Made by a program: the position numbers and the translations under genes
Part shown: positions 29,741-39,496 of the stretch, in pieces
Layout: the number at the start of each line of letters is the position of its first letter
How positions within the stretch are numbered: the stretch's first letter is position 1
NCBI GenBank assembly: GCA_963803805.1
Contig: CAWDOD010000011.1
Location: forward strand, 416,001 to 480,000
Length of the DNA: 64,000 nucleotides
DNA from: an uncultured cyanobacterium
GTDB lineage: Bacteria; Cyanobacteriota; Cyanobacteriia; Cyanobacteriales; CAWCAG01
Reading direction: 5' to 3'
The notes under the pieces: model-generated
Database searches by the model: none
Told to the model about the DNA's origin: nothing
The model's input: the letters and a program-made list of their open reading frames with translations, nothing else

Positions 29741-29945
29741 AATCAGGGAATACTTGAGACAACATGATTAATTAACATCTGTAGTGTAATACCACTTAAG
29801 TAATATTCTCCTCTACCCTTCGATTGAATATTAATAACTAGGTAGACATGAAGCGTAAAATAAGTGAAAAATATTTTTTTGTTTTTTAACAGAAAATAAA
29901 CCAATCACATAGTTAGGGTAACGATAGAATACCAGGGGTTAAGTA

Positions 29946-31391
29946 ATGGCAATAGAAACACCAAGTTGGGTAAAAAATGCTGTTTTTTACCAGATTTTTC
30001 CTGATCGCTTTGCTAAAAGCAAAGAACCAAAATATAAAATTAAATACAATATTAAATTTGAACTTTGGGACAATACCCCAACACTCCAAGGCTATAAAGG
30101 AGGAGAATTGTGGGGCATAATCGAAAAGCTTGATTACATCAAAGATTTAGGCATTGATGCCATTTATTTTACCCCTATTTTCCAATCTACTAGTAACCAT
30201 CGCTACCATACCCATGACTACTTCCAAGTCGATCCCCTCTTAGGTGGCAACGAAGCCTTTTTAAGCTTGTTAGAAGAGGCTCATCTTCGTGGCATTAAGG
30301 TGGTTCTTGATGGGGTATTTAACCATGCTAGCCGAGGATTTTTCTACTTCAGCGATATCTTAGAAAATGGTCCCCATTCCCCTTGGGTAGACTGGTTCAA
30401 AATTGAAGGCTGGCCCCTATCAGCTTACGATGGTAGTAAACCTGCTAACTATAGAGGTTGGGCTAACAATCGCGCTCTCCCAGAATTTAACCACGATAAC
30501 CCCGATGTGCGCGAATATATCATGCAAATTGCTGAACATTGGTTAAAAATGGGGATAGATGGTTGGCGTTTGGATGTTCCCTTTGAAATTCAAACTCCGG
30601 GTTTTTGGCAGGAATTCCGCGATCGCACCAAAGCAATTAACCCAGAAGCTTACATTGTGGGGGAAGTTTGGGGAGATTCTCGTCAGTGGTTAGACGGTAC
30701 GCAATTTGATGGAGTAATGAATTACCTGTTCACAGGGCCTACCATTGCTTTTACTGCTGGAGAAAGGGTGATTTTAGACTATGTGAAAAATCAAGATTAT
30801 GATCCCTATCCTGCCCTTGATGCAGTAGATTATGGGGAGAAAATGGAAGCTTTATTGGCACTCTACCCTTGGGAAATCCAACTAACCCAACTAAACCTCC
30901 TTGCTAGCCATGACACCGCCAGACTATTATCAATTGCTAGGGGCGATCGCAACAGTGTTAAGTTAGCAACCCTATTACTTTTAACCTTCCCTGGCGCACC
31001 TAGCATTTACTATGGTGATGAAGTTGGTTTAGCTGGGGCAGTAGATCCTGATTCCCGTCGCAGTTTTCCCCAAGAAGAAAACTGGGACAAAGAAATGCTT
31101 GATTGCCACAAACAACTCATCGCCTTACGCCACCAGTATCTGGCCTTGCGGACAGGGAAATACCAAGTAGTTTATGCCACAGGGTTAATTTACGCATTTA
31201 AGCGTAGTTTAGGAGCAGAAGAGTTAGTAATTGCGGTCAATGCCGATACCAACTCTGCCACCATTACCATCAAAAAAACCAACCTACAACCCAACACCAG
31301 CAAATTACTTTATGGCACTGGGGATTTAAGTTGGGACGATGGCTATATCAACTTAACGTTGCTACCCAGGAGTGGATGTATTCTTGGTTAA
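29946..31391 (+). CDS. GH13 neopullulanase/cyclomaltodextrinase-type alpha-amylase
   Basis: FYQIFPDRF, DGVFNH, GWRLDV, GEVW, SHD. Confidence 0.92.
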   Translation: MAIETPSWVKNAVFYQIFPDRFAKSKEPKYKIKYNIKFELWDNTPTLQGYKGGELWGIIEKLDYIKDLGIDAIYFTPIFQSTSNHRYHTHDYFQVDPLLGGNEAFLSLLEEAHLRGIKVVLDGVFNHASRGFFYFSDILENGPHSPWVDWFKIEGWPLSAYDGSKPANYRGWANNRALPEFNHDNPDVREYIMQIAEHWLKMGIDGWRLDVPFEIQTPGFWQEFRDRTKAINPEAYIVGEVWGDSRQWLDGTQFDGVMNYLFTGPTIAFTAGERVILDYVKNQDYDPYPALDAVDYGEKMEALLALYPWEIQLTQLNLLASHDTARLLSIARGDRNSVKLATLLLLTFPGAPSIYYGDEVGLAGAVDPDSRRSFPQEENWDKEMLDCHKQLIALRHQYLALRTGKYQVVYATGLIYAFKRSLGAEELVIAVNADTNSATITIKKTNLQPNTSKLLYGTGDLSWDDGYINLTLLPRSGCILG

Positions 31392-31438
31392 AGCGAAAAG
31401 GTAATTATCTATTACCTATTACCCATTACCTGTATGCT

Positions 31439-33676
31439 ATGAAATTTCCCTTTGGCTCTAGTTCCCAAGTTCAAACTACCATGCCTCCAGCCAATAGTTC
31501 TGGCTTAGGAACCTTTGGAGGAGTTTACACCCCTTCTATCCTAACCATCTTAGGGGTAATCATGTACCTACGCTTTGGTTGGGTAGTAGGAAATGTTGGT
31601 TTGATTGGAACTTTAATCATTGTCACCCTCTCTACAGGAATCACCTTTCTCACCTCCTTATCCATCTGTGCGATCGCCACTGATAGGGTAGTAAGAGTAG
31701 GGGGGGCCTACTATATGATTAGTCGTTCTTTGGGAATCGAAACTGGTGGGGCTGTAGGGATTCCCTTGTATTTTGCTCAAGTACTCTCTGTTGCCCTCTA
31801 CACTATTGGTTTTGCCGAGAGTGTCAATCAAACCTTTCCTTTTCTCAATCAGCTTTATGTCGCTTTAGTTGTAACCATTGCCGTGGCTATTCTCGCTATC
31901 ACCTCAGCTAGCGTCGCCATTCGCGCCCAATATGTCATTATGGCGGCCATCGCCCTTTCTTTGATTTCCTTCGCCTTTGGTAAGCCCTTAGAAGCAACTG
32001 AGGTAGAAATGTGGGGAGTCCGCGAAGCAGTAGCAGAACCTTTTTGGACAGTTTTCGCTGTCTTTTTTCCTGCTGTAACCGGTATTATGGCTGGGGTTAA
32101 TATGTCAGGGGACTTGAAAGATCCCATCAAAGCTATCCCCAAGGGAACATTAGCCGCAGTAGCCACAGGCTATGTCATTTACATGGTCTTACCGATTATT
32201 TTGGCTATGCGTGCTGATGCCCGTACTTTAGTAGAAGAACCCCTAATTATGCAACAAATCGCTTTGTGGGGACCAGCTATTCTTTTGGGGGTTTGGGGGG
32301 CAACTCTTTCTAGTGCTTTAGGTAGCATACTGGGGGCCCCTCGTGTGTTGCAAGCCCTAGCTAGAGATGGAGTTTTGCCCAAGTGGATGGGATTTTTAGG
32401 TCAAGGTAGTGGCCCTGATGATGAACCTCGCATCGGTACAGCAGTTAGTTTGGGGGTGGCGATCGCGGCGGTATGTATCAACAAGCTAGACTTAATCGCC
32501 CCGGTGTTGACGATGTTTTTTCTCACCACCTACTTTGTCTTAAACATCTCAGCCGGAATTGAAGGTTTTCTCCAAAGTCCTTCTTTCCGTCCTTCATTTC
32601 GCGTCCACTGGTCTTTATCCTTATTAGGGGCAGTGGGCTGTTTAGTAGTGATGTTTTTAATCAACCCTATCGCTACTGTCGCTGCTGGTATTGTCGTCCT
32701 CGCCATCTATCTTTGGCTACAACAGAGGGAATTACGAACGGCATGGGGAGATGTCCGTCGAGGTATTTGGATGGCTTTGTTACGTAAAGGTATCTTTGAA
32801 ATTGGCAATACAGAAGACCCCAAAAACTGGCGACCTCACCTGCTTGTTCTTTCTGGTATACCCACCAAACGCTGGCCTCTCATCGAACTAGCTGATGCCA
32901 TTACCCATAACCGGGGTTTAATCACCGTATCTAGTATTTTACCTAGTAATAGTAGAAATGTTGCCCAACAAAGCGACAGTGAAGCGAAGATTCGGGATTA
33001 CTTAGAAAAGCGGGGAGTACAAGCATTGGTACGCTTAGTCACGGCCCCCGACCTTTTTGTTGGTGTAGAAAAGCTAGTAGAAACCTATGGTTTGGGGCAT
33101 TTGGTTCCTAACACAATTTTGCTGGGGGATAGCGAGTCTCCCAACCATAGGAAAAGCTATTGCAACACCATCGCCAAAGTACATCGTGCCAGACGTAATG
33201 TAATTATCCTGCGAGAGGCTAAAAATCGCCCTCCTGAAGCACCTTGTTTTGGCCGTCGCCGCCGCATAGATGTTTGGTGGGGAGGTAGTGTTCAATCTAA
33301 CGGTGGTTTGATGTTATTGCTTGCCTATTTGTTGCGTACTAACATCGATTGGCGGGATGCTACGGTTTATCTTAAGTTAGTTGTAGCAGATGAAAATGCG
33401 GCCCAAGCAGCGAAGCAAAATCTTGATACCATGGTAGCAAAGCTGAGAATTGGCGCTAATTCGCAAATTTTGGTTGCCCAAGGACGTTCTTTTGAAAGCA
33501 TTCTCCATGAATCTTCCCAATCAGCAGACTTGATTTTTCTCGGTGTTGCAGAACCTGATGAAAATTTTAGCCATTATTATGAAACCTTGCAAAGCAAAAC
33601 CGATGATTTACCAACAACTGTTTTTGTGCTTGCTGCACCGGATTTTGCTTTTGAAGAAGTTTTGAGTGATAGTTAA
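31439..33676 (+). CDS. Cation-chloride cotransporter (SLC12-like) amino acid permease family protein
   Basis: GTFGGVYTPSILTILGVIMYLR, GGAYYMISRSLG, FFPAVTGIMAG, KNWRP; start set at MKFPFG. Confidence 0.88.
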   Translation: MKFPFGSSSQVQTTMPPANSSGLGTFGGVYTPSILTILGVIMYLRFGWVVGNVGLIGTLIIVTLSTGITFLTSLSICAIATDRVVRVGGAYYMISRSLGIETGGAVGIPLYFAQVLSVALYTIGFAESVNQTFPFLNQLYVALVVTIAVAILAITSASVAIRAQYVIMAAIALSLISFAFGKPLEATEVEMWGVREAVAEPFWTVFAVFFPAVTGIMAGVNMSGDLKDPIKAIPKGTLAAVATGYVIYMVLPIILAMRADARTLVEEPLIMQQIALWGPAILLGVWGATLSSALGSILGAPRVLQALARDGVLPKWMGFLGQGSGPDDEPRIGTAVSLGVAIAAVCINKLDLIAPVLTMFFLTTYFVLNISAGIEGFLQSPSFRPSFRVHWSLSLLGAVGCLVVMFLINPIATVAAGIVVLAIYLWLQQRELRTAWGDVRRGIWMALLRKGIFEIGNTEDPKNWRPHLLVLSGIPTKRWPLIELADAITHNRGLITVSSILPSNSRNVAQQSDSEAKIRDYLEKRGVQALVRLVTAPDLFVGVEKLVETYGLGHLVPNTILLGDSESPNHRKSYCNTIAKVHRARRNVIILREAKNRPPEAPCFGRRRRIDVWWGGSVQSNGGLMLLLAYLLRTNIDWRDATVYLKLVVADENAAQAAKQNLDTMVAKLRIGANSQILVAQGRSFESILHESSQSADLIFLGVAEPDENFSHYYETLQSKTDDLPTTVFVLAAPDFAFEEVLSDS

Positions 33677-33732
33677 AATTGCGCTTTGGCTAATGGCTAA
33701 TTGCTAATAGTTAGTTGTTCTAAAAATGATCA

Positions 33733-34632
33733 ATGTTTAATGATATTAGTCTTGTTATTTTAGTTGCTTTTAGTTTAAATATTAGTACTTGTCGTCTTGT
33801 CAGGGCAGAACCAATCGTCACACAAGATGGTAGTCGCTGTGAAGGAGAATTTGAACCCAATTCAATTACTGGCAAAGGAGTCTGTGAATATGAAAATGGT
33901 GATCGCTATGAAGGTAATTTAGTTGAGGGGAAGCAAGATGGACAAGGGATTTATGTTTTTGCCAACGGGGATAAATATAGAGGAGAATTTGTGATAGGAG
34001 AAATTTCTGGTCAGGGGGTGCAAGAATATGAAAATGGTCAGCGTTATGAAGGAGAGTTCCAAGCTGGTTTACCCCATGGACAAGGAGTTTATATTCTTCC
34101 CAATGGTGGCGGTTATCAAGGGGAATTTGTAGCAGGGAAACCGACAGGTAAAGGAATTTATATCTATAAAAATGGCGATCGCTGTTTTGGGGAAAACCTG
34201 CCTCAACTTAACGGGGTGGGGCAGTGTGATTATAGCAATGGAGATAAGTATCAAGGCCCTTTAATTGAGGGTAAACCTCATGGTGAAGGGGTCTATATTT
34301 TTAAAAACGGAGATAGGTATGAAGGGGAGTTTCAAGGAGGGAAGTTTAGCGGTTTGGGAATTTATACCTTTAGCCGTGGCGATCGCTATGAAGGGAATTT
34401 TAGCAATGCTCAATTTAACGGTGAAGGTACTTTTATTTCCCAAAATGGTGACCGCTGTACAGGACAATTTCAGGATGGTAATCTTCAAGGGCAAACGGTT
34501 TGTCAATATGCTAGTGGAGATAAATATGAAGGAGAATTTCGAGATGGCAAAAGAAGTGGTGTAGGAGTTTATACTTTCGTAGATGGCAAGACTTTAGAGG
34601 GGACTTGGCAAGATGGGCAGTTACAAAATTGA
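33733..34632 (+). CDS. Secreted MORN-repeat protein
   Basis: About 11 repeats of YEGxFxxGxxxGxGxYxxxNGD; signal peptide. Confidence 0.9.
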   Translation: MFNDISLVILVAFSLNISTCRLVRAEPIVTQDGSRCEGEFEPNSITGKGVCEYENGDRYEGNLVEGKQDGQGIYVFANGDKYRGEFVIGEISGQGVQEYENGQRYEGEFQAGLPHGQGVYILPNGGGYQGEFVAGKPTGKGIYIYKNGDRCFGENLPQLNGVGQCDYSNGDKYQGPLIEGKPHGEGVYIFKNGDRYEGEFQGGKFSGLGIYTFSRGDRYEGNFSNAQFNGEGTFISQNGDRCTGQFQDGNLQGQTVCQYASGDKYEGEFRDGKRSGVGVYTFVDGKTLEGTWQDGQLQN

Positions 34633-34753
34633 TACCCAATCAGACTTCTACAGAGTCTCTAAGATTTAGGTTTGAGGGAATAGAGAATAGTCAACAGAGT
34701 TTAATGGCTTTTTTCTCAGTGTTATAGAGGCATTTTGTTAACCGGATTTGGTA
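34633..34753. mobile_element. Degenerate MITE-like element, apparently the same family as 22122-22240
   Basis: TACCCAATCAG... / TAACCGGATTTGGTA ends. Confidence 0.4.
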
Positions 34754-34815
34754 CAGTCATCATATTTTTCTGAAGCTAAGGAGAAGTTTCGTAACACTCC
34801 TCCGGTTGCTATTAT

Positions 34816-35154
34816 TTAGGTATTTTCGTCAATATAAAAAGGATTAGCGACGGTAATCAAGTTCCACTGTTGCTCTATATTTTGAACCAGAATATACCAA
34901 TTTGCTTTACTTGTATCAAATAAATTGCACCAAAAAGGCACAGTATAAAGGTTGTTGTCCCAGTTTTCTCCTAATGCTTCTATGATATATTGATCAACTA
35001 AAGAAGCATCAAAAGTATCGGTTAACAGTAAACTAAATTTTGCTAAGCAAGCTAGAGATACATTAGACAACTTCTTAGCAATTCTAACTCCAACAAGACT
35101 TTTTAAAAATGCAGAGATAGAAAGGGGATTAGTTAAAAGTGTTGTATTCATCAT
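34816..35154 (-). CDS. Hypothetical protein
   Basis: 112-aa ORF, no recognisable motif. Confidence 0.4.
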   Translation of the reverse strand: MMNTTLLTNPLSISAFLKSLVGVRIAKKLSNVSLACLAKFSLLLTDTFDASLVDQYIIEALGENWDNNLYTVPFWCNLFDTSKANWYILVQNIEQQWNLITVANPFYIDENT

Positions 35155-35421
35155 AGATTGTGAGTTACGGCTAGGGAGTATAAGCAGGTGGGATTAGGCT
35201 TAACTTTGTTGAATACCGCAGTATGCCTTTTCTCATTCTACTAGATATAATCACTTATTTTTATAAGTTTACCAATATATTATCTCAATCCAATCCTTGT
35301 GATCGCGTATATTTTTAAAAGCAGTTTGTTCAATTTACGTATTACTTTTTCAAGGGAATAGAGAACTAGGTTCTCTCCCTCGTCAATTAAAATCGACTTA
35401 ACTCCTTACAAATCTTGCATT

Positions 35422-36471
35422 TTAAGGAACCGACAATGTATAAACTTCCTGACAGAGATTAACATCATTAGCTACTTTTTCTTGACCTGTAGCTATGACA
35501 GCGCGAATATTAAATTCACAAACTTGAGAATTACCTTCAACAAAAGCCGAACGGCTATATGTACCAATGTAGCGATTGCCTAGAGGTTGGCTTAACCAGT
35601 TATCTCCCCAATTGCCTTCACTCGCAGGAGTAAGATAAACCTCCGTGATATCAGAACCACTTTGATTACTAATTTTGAAAACTACATCCGATACTTCAGC
35701 ATTAGGGCCTTCTAAGTAGCCTTGGGCATAATTAATTACACAAATAGTCCGAAAAGTCAAGTGAGGGCCGCAAGCAACCCCAGCAACATTAAATTCTGGT
35801 TTAAAAATACTAATTCTGTGGCCGCGATCAGGAACGCCATCGTCGATAATTAACTGCATAACTACCTGCTGTGCTGTTGTGGGGCCATAGGCGATATTCT
35901 CACCACTAAAGGAAGGAAAGCCGTAACGCTTCATTCTCGTTTGAGGATCACTACCGTCAGAGCCATCGTGTCCCGTCTTCCCGGTTTCACCCTGATCTCG
36001 AACATGATCTGCTGCCGATTTTGCTAAACCTAAAGAGGGTTGCAGTGGCCCCACAGGAGGTTGCTGACGTAGGTATTCAATGGCTTCTACCACAGCAGCT
36101 TTACCTTCTTGGGTAATTAAGTCTACCCCAGAACTAACACCGTTTTTTACGATGGTTTCGTTAGCAAAATCATCTAACCAAGCCTCCATTAAAGGAATAT
36201 AACTTTGGGGATTTTGCCTAACTTTATTATGTTCTTCTAAAATAGCTTGTTCGGCAATAGACCAATTGTTTGCCATAGCAGAGGTATTAGCATTCTCTCC
36301 TTGGGTGGCGTTAGGGTTAGAGGGATCATTTCCTAATACCTCCCTTGGTGAAGAGTTAATAGGGGGTAGTTCAGGAAATTCAGTTAAAGTGCAGCTTGAG
36401 GTTAAAGAAGCTAAACCGAGACTGATAGTAATTACAGTAAGAAAAGAAAAATGTCGATGATGTTGGGACAT
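35422..36471 (-). CDS. CAP (SCP/PR-1) domain lipoprotein
   Basis: Lipobox TSSC; HNKVR, GHDGSDGS, GENIAYG, DDGVPDRGHR. Confidence 0.88.
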   Translation of the reverse strand: MSQHHRHFSFLTVITISLGLASLTSSCTLTEFPELPPINSSPREVLGNDPSNPNATQGENANTSAMANNWSIAEQAILEEHNKVRQNPQSYIPLMEAWLDDFANETIVKNGVSSGVDLITQEGKAAVVEAIEYLRQQPPVGPLQPSLGLAKSAADHVRDQGETGKTGHDGSDGSDPQTRMKRYGFPSFSGENIAYGPTTAQQVVMQLIIDDGVPDRGHRISIFKPEFNVAGVACGPHLTFRTICVINYAQGYLEGPNAEVSDVVFKISNQSGSDITEVYLTPASEGNWGDNWLSQPLGNRYIGTYSRSAFVEGNSQVCEFNIRAVIATGQEKVANDVNLCQEVYTLSVP

Positions 36472-36584
36472 AAGTTCTGAATCTAGATATTTGTCATAAA
36501 AGGAAGTCTTAGTTTTTTACTACCTATTTTTTTATCTACTTTCCGGCGTTATTGAATCTGGAGTTTGTTTATTAAAAACAATCA

Positions 36585-36654
36585 TATAGCAACAGCCAAA
36601 GCTATTAGGACATATTTAAAGGCTCAAACCTCTTAAGTTTTGACTGGCACTATA
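36585..36654. mobile_element. 70-bp MITE-like element overlapping the PLD gene stop codon
   Basis: TATAGCAACAGCCAAA...TTTGACTGGCACTATA imperfect inverted ends. Confidence 0.45.
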
Positions 36655-37945
36655 ACTGCCATTGAAAGAAACCAACCAAGTTACCAATAATGCGGTTGCG
36701 TATAAAAGAACGCTTGCGCCACTCTTCTAAGGTTACACGCCTACTTTTTGTAAAAGCTTTCTCAAAAACTTGCTCAACATTTTTAACCAATTTTGGGTCA
36801 CTAGTAGAAATATCAAGTTCTTCATTATGATAAAAGCTACGAGGATCAAAGTTAGCACTACCTGTATTCACCCAATAGTCATCTATAAGCATTATTTTGG
36901 CATGAATCATACTTGGTTGGTATTCATATACATCTATACCAGCTTTGAGAAGTTCGCCAAATAGTTCATAGGAAGCATAGTAGACATACTTTTTGTCGCA
37001 ACGGGAACTAGTGGTTAGTATGCGTACATCTAAACCTGATTTTTTAGCTGCCTTGAGGAGTTCAATGGAATTAGTATCAGGTAAAAAATAAGGGCTAGCT
37101 AACCAAATCCGTTGGCGGCCGCAAATGATACTATTTTGTTTGAGGGCTTTGATGGGGGAAGAACGATAGGTGGGATTATCTCCTAAGCTGATCAAGATGG
37201 TTATGTTATCAGCAGGATAGGGTTTAAGCACTTGAGCGTCAAGATCCGCCGTACCACCACTATAAGTCCAGTGACTCATAAATATCCCTTCTAAAACCGC
37301 AACTATTTCCCCTTCTAAACGCATTTCTACATCTAACCAAGGTTCAGTATCATCAAATTTCTCCATGCCATCCCAATAGTCGGAAATGCCAGCCCCACCA
37401 ATTAAAGCGTATTTGCCATCAATAAGTAATAGTTTGCGGTGAGTTCTTCCTGCGTAGTTAGCAGGGGCTTTGGGGTCAAATTTATTGAAAAAGACTATTT
37501 GCACTCCCGCTTTACGCAAACGCTGCCAATAACGCTTTGGTAAGGTGTGGGTTCCATAATTATCGACAATTAACTGTACCTCAACTCCTGCGGTTGCACG
37601 TTCTGCGATCGCTGCGGCAAAATCATTGGCACGTCGCCCCGGAGTCATGAAAAAGGTTTCAAAATGGATGGTATGTTGAGCGCTTTGAATCGCTTCTAAG
37701 CGGGCGTTTTGAATCTGATCTGGTTCAGCCCAGAAATCGGTGGTGATACCAGAAGTAGTTAAGCAGTTGGAGATGCTAGCTAAGGTGAGAGTAAAGCGAG
37801 GTTCCCCTGGGTGAGGAGCATTTCTTACTCTATATTTAACCGGATCACGGAAAGCTCCTCTAATATAGAGACTTACTATGATAATGAAGACCAATGCTAA
37901 GATAGTCCAGAGTAACCACTCTAAAATTGAAATAAATATTGACAT
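36650..37945 (-). CDS. Phospholipase D / cardiolipin synthase family protein
   Basis: Two HKD motifs (HRKLLLID, HAKIMLID); N-terminal TM helix. Confidence 0.9.
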   Translation of the reverse strand: MSIFISILEWLLWTILALVFIIIVSLYIRGAFRDPVKYRVRNAPHPGEPRFTLTLASISNCLTTSGITTDFWAEPDQIQNARLEAIQSAQHTIHFETFFMTPGRRANDFAAAIAERATAGVEVQLIVDNYGTHTLPKRYWQRLRKAGVQIVFFNKFDPKAPANYAGRTHRKLLLIDGKYALIGGAGISDYWDGMEKFDDTEPWLDVEMRLEGEIVAVLEGIFMSHWTYSGGTADLDAQVLKPYPADNITILISLGDNPTYRSSPIKALKQNSIICGRQRIWLASPYFLPDTNSIELLKAAKKSGLDVRILTTSSRCDKKYVYYASYELFGELLKAGIDVYEYQPSMIHAKIMLIDDYWVNTGSANFDPRSFYHNEELDISTSDPKLVKNVEQVFEKAFTKSRRVTLEEWRKRSFIRNRIIGNLVGFFQWQL

Positions 37946-37980
37946 TATACTTGCTAATGGTTGGTGACTAATTGCTACTT

Positions 37981-38796
37981 TTAAGAGTTTTGTAGTTGAG
38001 CAATTTGTAAAATAGAGAGAAATGATAGCTTGATACTGTTGCCAAAGTTGTTTTTTAGTACATCTTTTATACTAGTAAACAAACTATTTTGCTGCTTTGG
38101 CTCTAGGGCAATGTATGGTGACAAGGTGCTTAAAAGGGCGAGATAATTATCAAGACTATAGGTTGTTTCTGTAACTAAATGTTTTGATTTTAAATTATGA
38201 AAATAACCTGATTCAGTGACATTCTTGGCAATACCACTAATATTTTTGAGATGGGTTTCTTGATCTTCATATTTAGCTAAAGAAGGGGCTAGATTTTGAT
38301 AAATATTATGGAGTAATTGGTAATATATTTCATAACTTGGTTGTGGTGGTGTATTCCAAAGTAAAATCAAAAACCCAGATTCTTTTAATGCCGCAGCCGA
38401 TTTTTGACAGACAATTTCTGGTGAAACCCAATGAAAAGAAGTTGCAGCAAGTACTGCATCAAATTTTCGGGATTGTAGGGGCCATTCTTCAAAAGTAGTA
38501 TTAATAATCTCTACTTGAGGATACTGAAGACAGTTTCGTTCGGCTAGCTGACAAGCTTTGGGACTTGGTTCGACAGAAACTAGAGAGTAACCTAGTTTAG
38601 CAAAAATTTTCGTCGCCGTTCCGGGACCACAACCTATTTCTAATATTTTGGCCTGATCAGGAAGTGAAGCTAATTCTACAGCACGATTAACCAATTGAGA
38701 AGGATAGGCAGGTCTAGTTTTGTCGTAGGCTTGGGCTACTCCGCTATACCATGCCCTCCTCTCATCCGGAGTACAGTCTCTATACCAATTTGTCAT
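37981..38796 (-). CDS. Class I SAM-dependent methyltransferase
   Basis: YDKTRPAYP, LEIGCGPG, ATSFHWV. Confidence 0.88.
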   Translation of the reverse strand: MTNWYRDCTPDERRAWYSGVAQAYDKTRPAYPSQLVNRAVELASLPDQAKILEIGCGPGTATKIFAKLGYSLVSVEPSPKACQLAERNCLQYPQVEIINTTFEEWPLQSRKFDAVLAATSFHWVSPEIVCQKSAAALKESGFLILLWNTPPQPSYEIYYQLLHNIYQNLAPSLAKYEDQETHLKNISGIAKNVTESGYFHNLKSKHLVTETTYSLDNYLALLSTLSPYIALEPKQQNSLFTSIKDVLKNNFGNSIKLSFLSILQIAQLQNS

Positions 38797-38944
38797 TTAT
38801 CAATTTATCAATTAGTTAGTTATCAATGTACGGCTTTGTCGTTGCCGTTAGGCATCAATTATCAGTTATTAATGTTTGCCAACCAATCTTTTCGCCATAA
38901 CTGATAGAATTTAGTTGCCACACTTAACTTTAAGGAGGTTTGCA

Positions 38945-39334
38945 ATGGGGGCGAGTGAGGAATTTCAGAAACAACTGAAAGCAGGAAATATCGCCGAAGC
39001 ATTAGCCATTGCTGCTAATGAAGCTACTGAGTTAGAAATTATTACCTGGGTATCTTCTGGGCAAAATCATCAAACCCCTCTCACTTCTCCTCAACCCGAA
39101 AATTGCCTCCATACCCGTATCAATCTCCTTGATGCTGCCATTGAAAATGAAATAGGTAAGCAGTTTTTAGCCAAGGGGCATTACAGCGAATTAGAAGAAT
39201 TTCATCTCCAGCAGGTGAAAGAAGGAAGACAAATTGTGCAACAAAACTTAGAAAGCCTACAGCAAATTTATCTTGCCCTAGCGATCGCAACTTCTGAAAC
39301 TTCTCAATCAGAAAGTTTACCTCTTCTGGAGTGA
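38945..39334 (+). CDS. Hypothetical protein, member 1 of a four-gene paralog cluster
   Basis: AGGAGG RBS before ATG 38945; homologous to the N-terminus of the next gene. Confidence 0.8.
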   Translation: MGASEEFQKQLKAGNIAEALAIAANEATELEIITWVSSGQNHQTPLTSPQPENCLHTRINLLDAAIENEIGKQFLAKGHYSELEEFHLQQVKEGRQIVQQNLESLQQIYLALAIATSETSQSESLPLLE

Positions 39335-39496
39335 TGAGAAGATTGGGGGAAGTAATAAGTAATAAGTAATAACTTTTGAATATACTATTCCCCTTAGTCT
39401 ACGGTAGCGCTACGCAAACCCCTTTTCCCTTACCTCCTAAGATAAGCTAACTTAAGGGAAGATAGATAAAGTTTCCCATGCTTGGAAGATGATGAT

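Noticed and set aside
31331-31438. Upstream TTG start of the cotransporter
   Set aside because: Overlaps the GH13 gene and translates ATTACCT heptamers; ATG 31439 is more plausible
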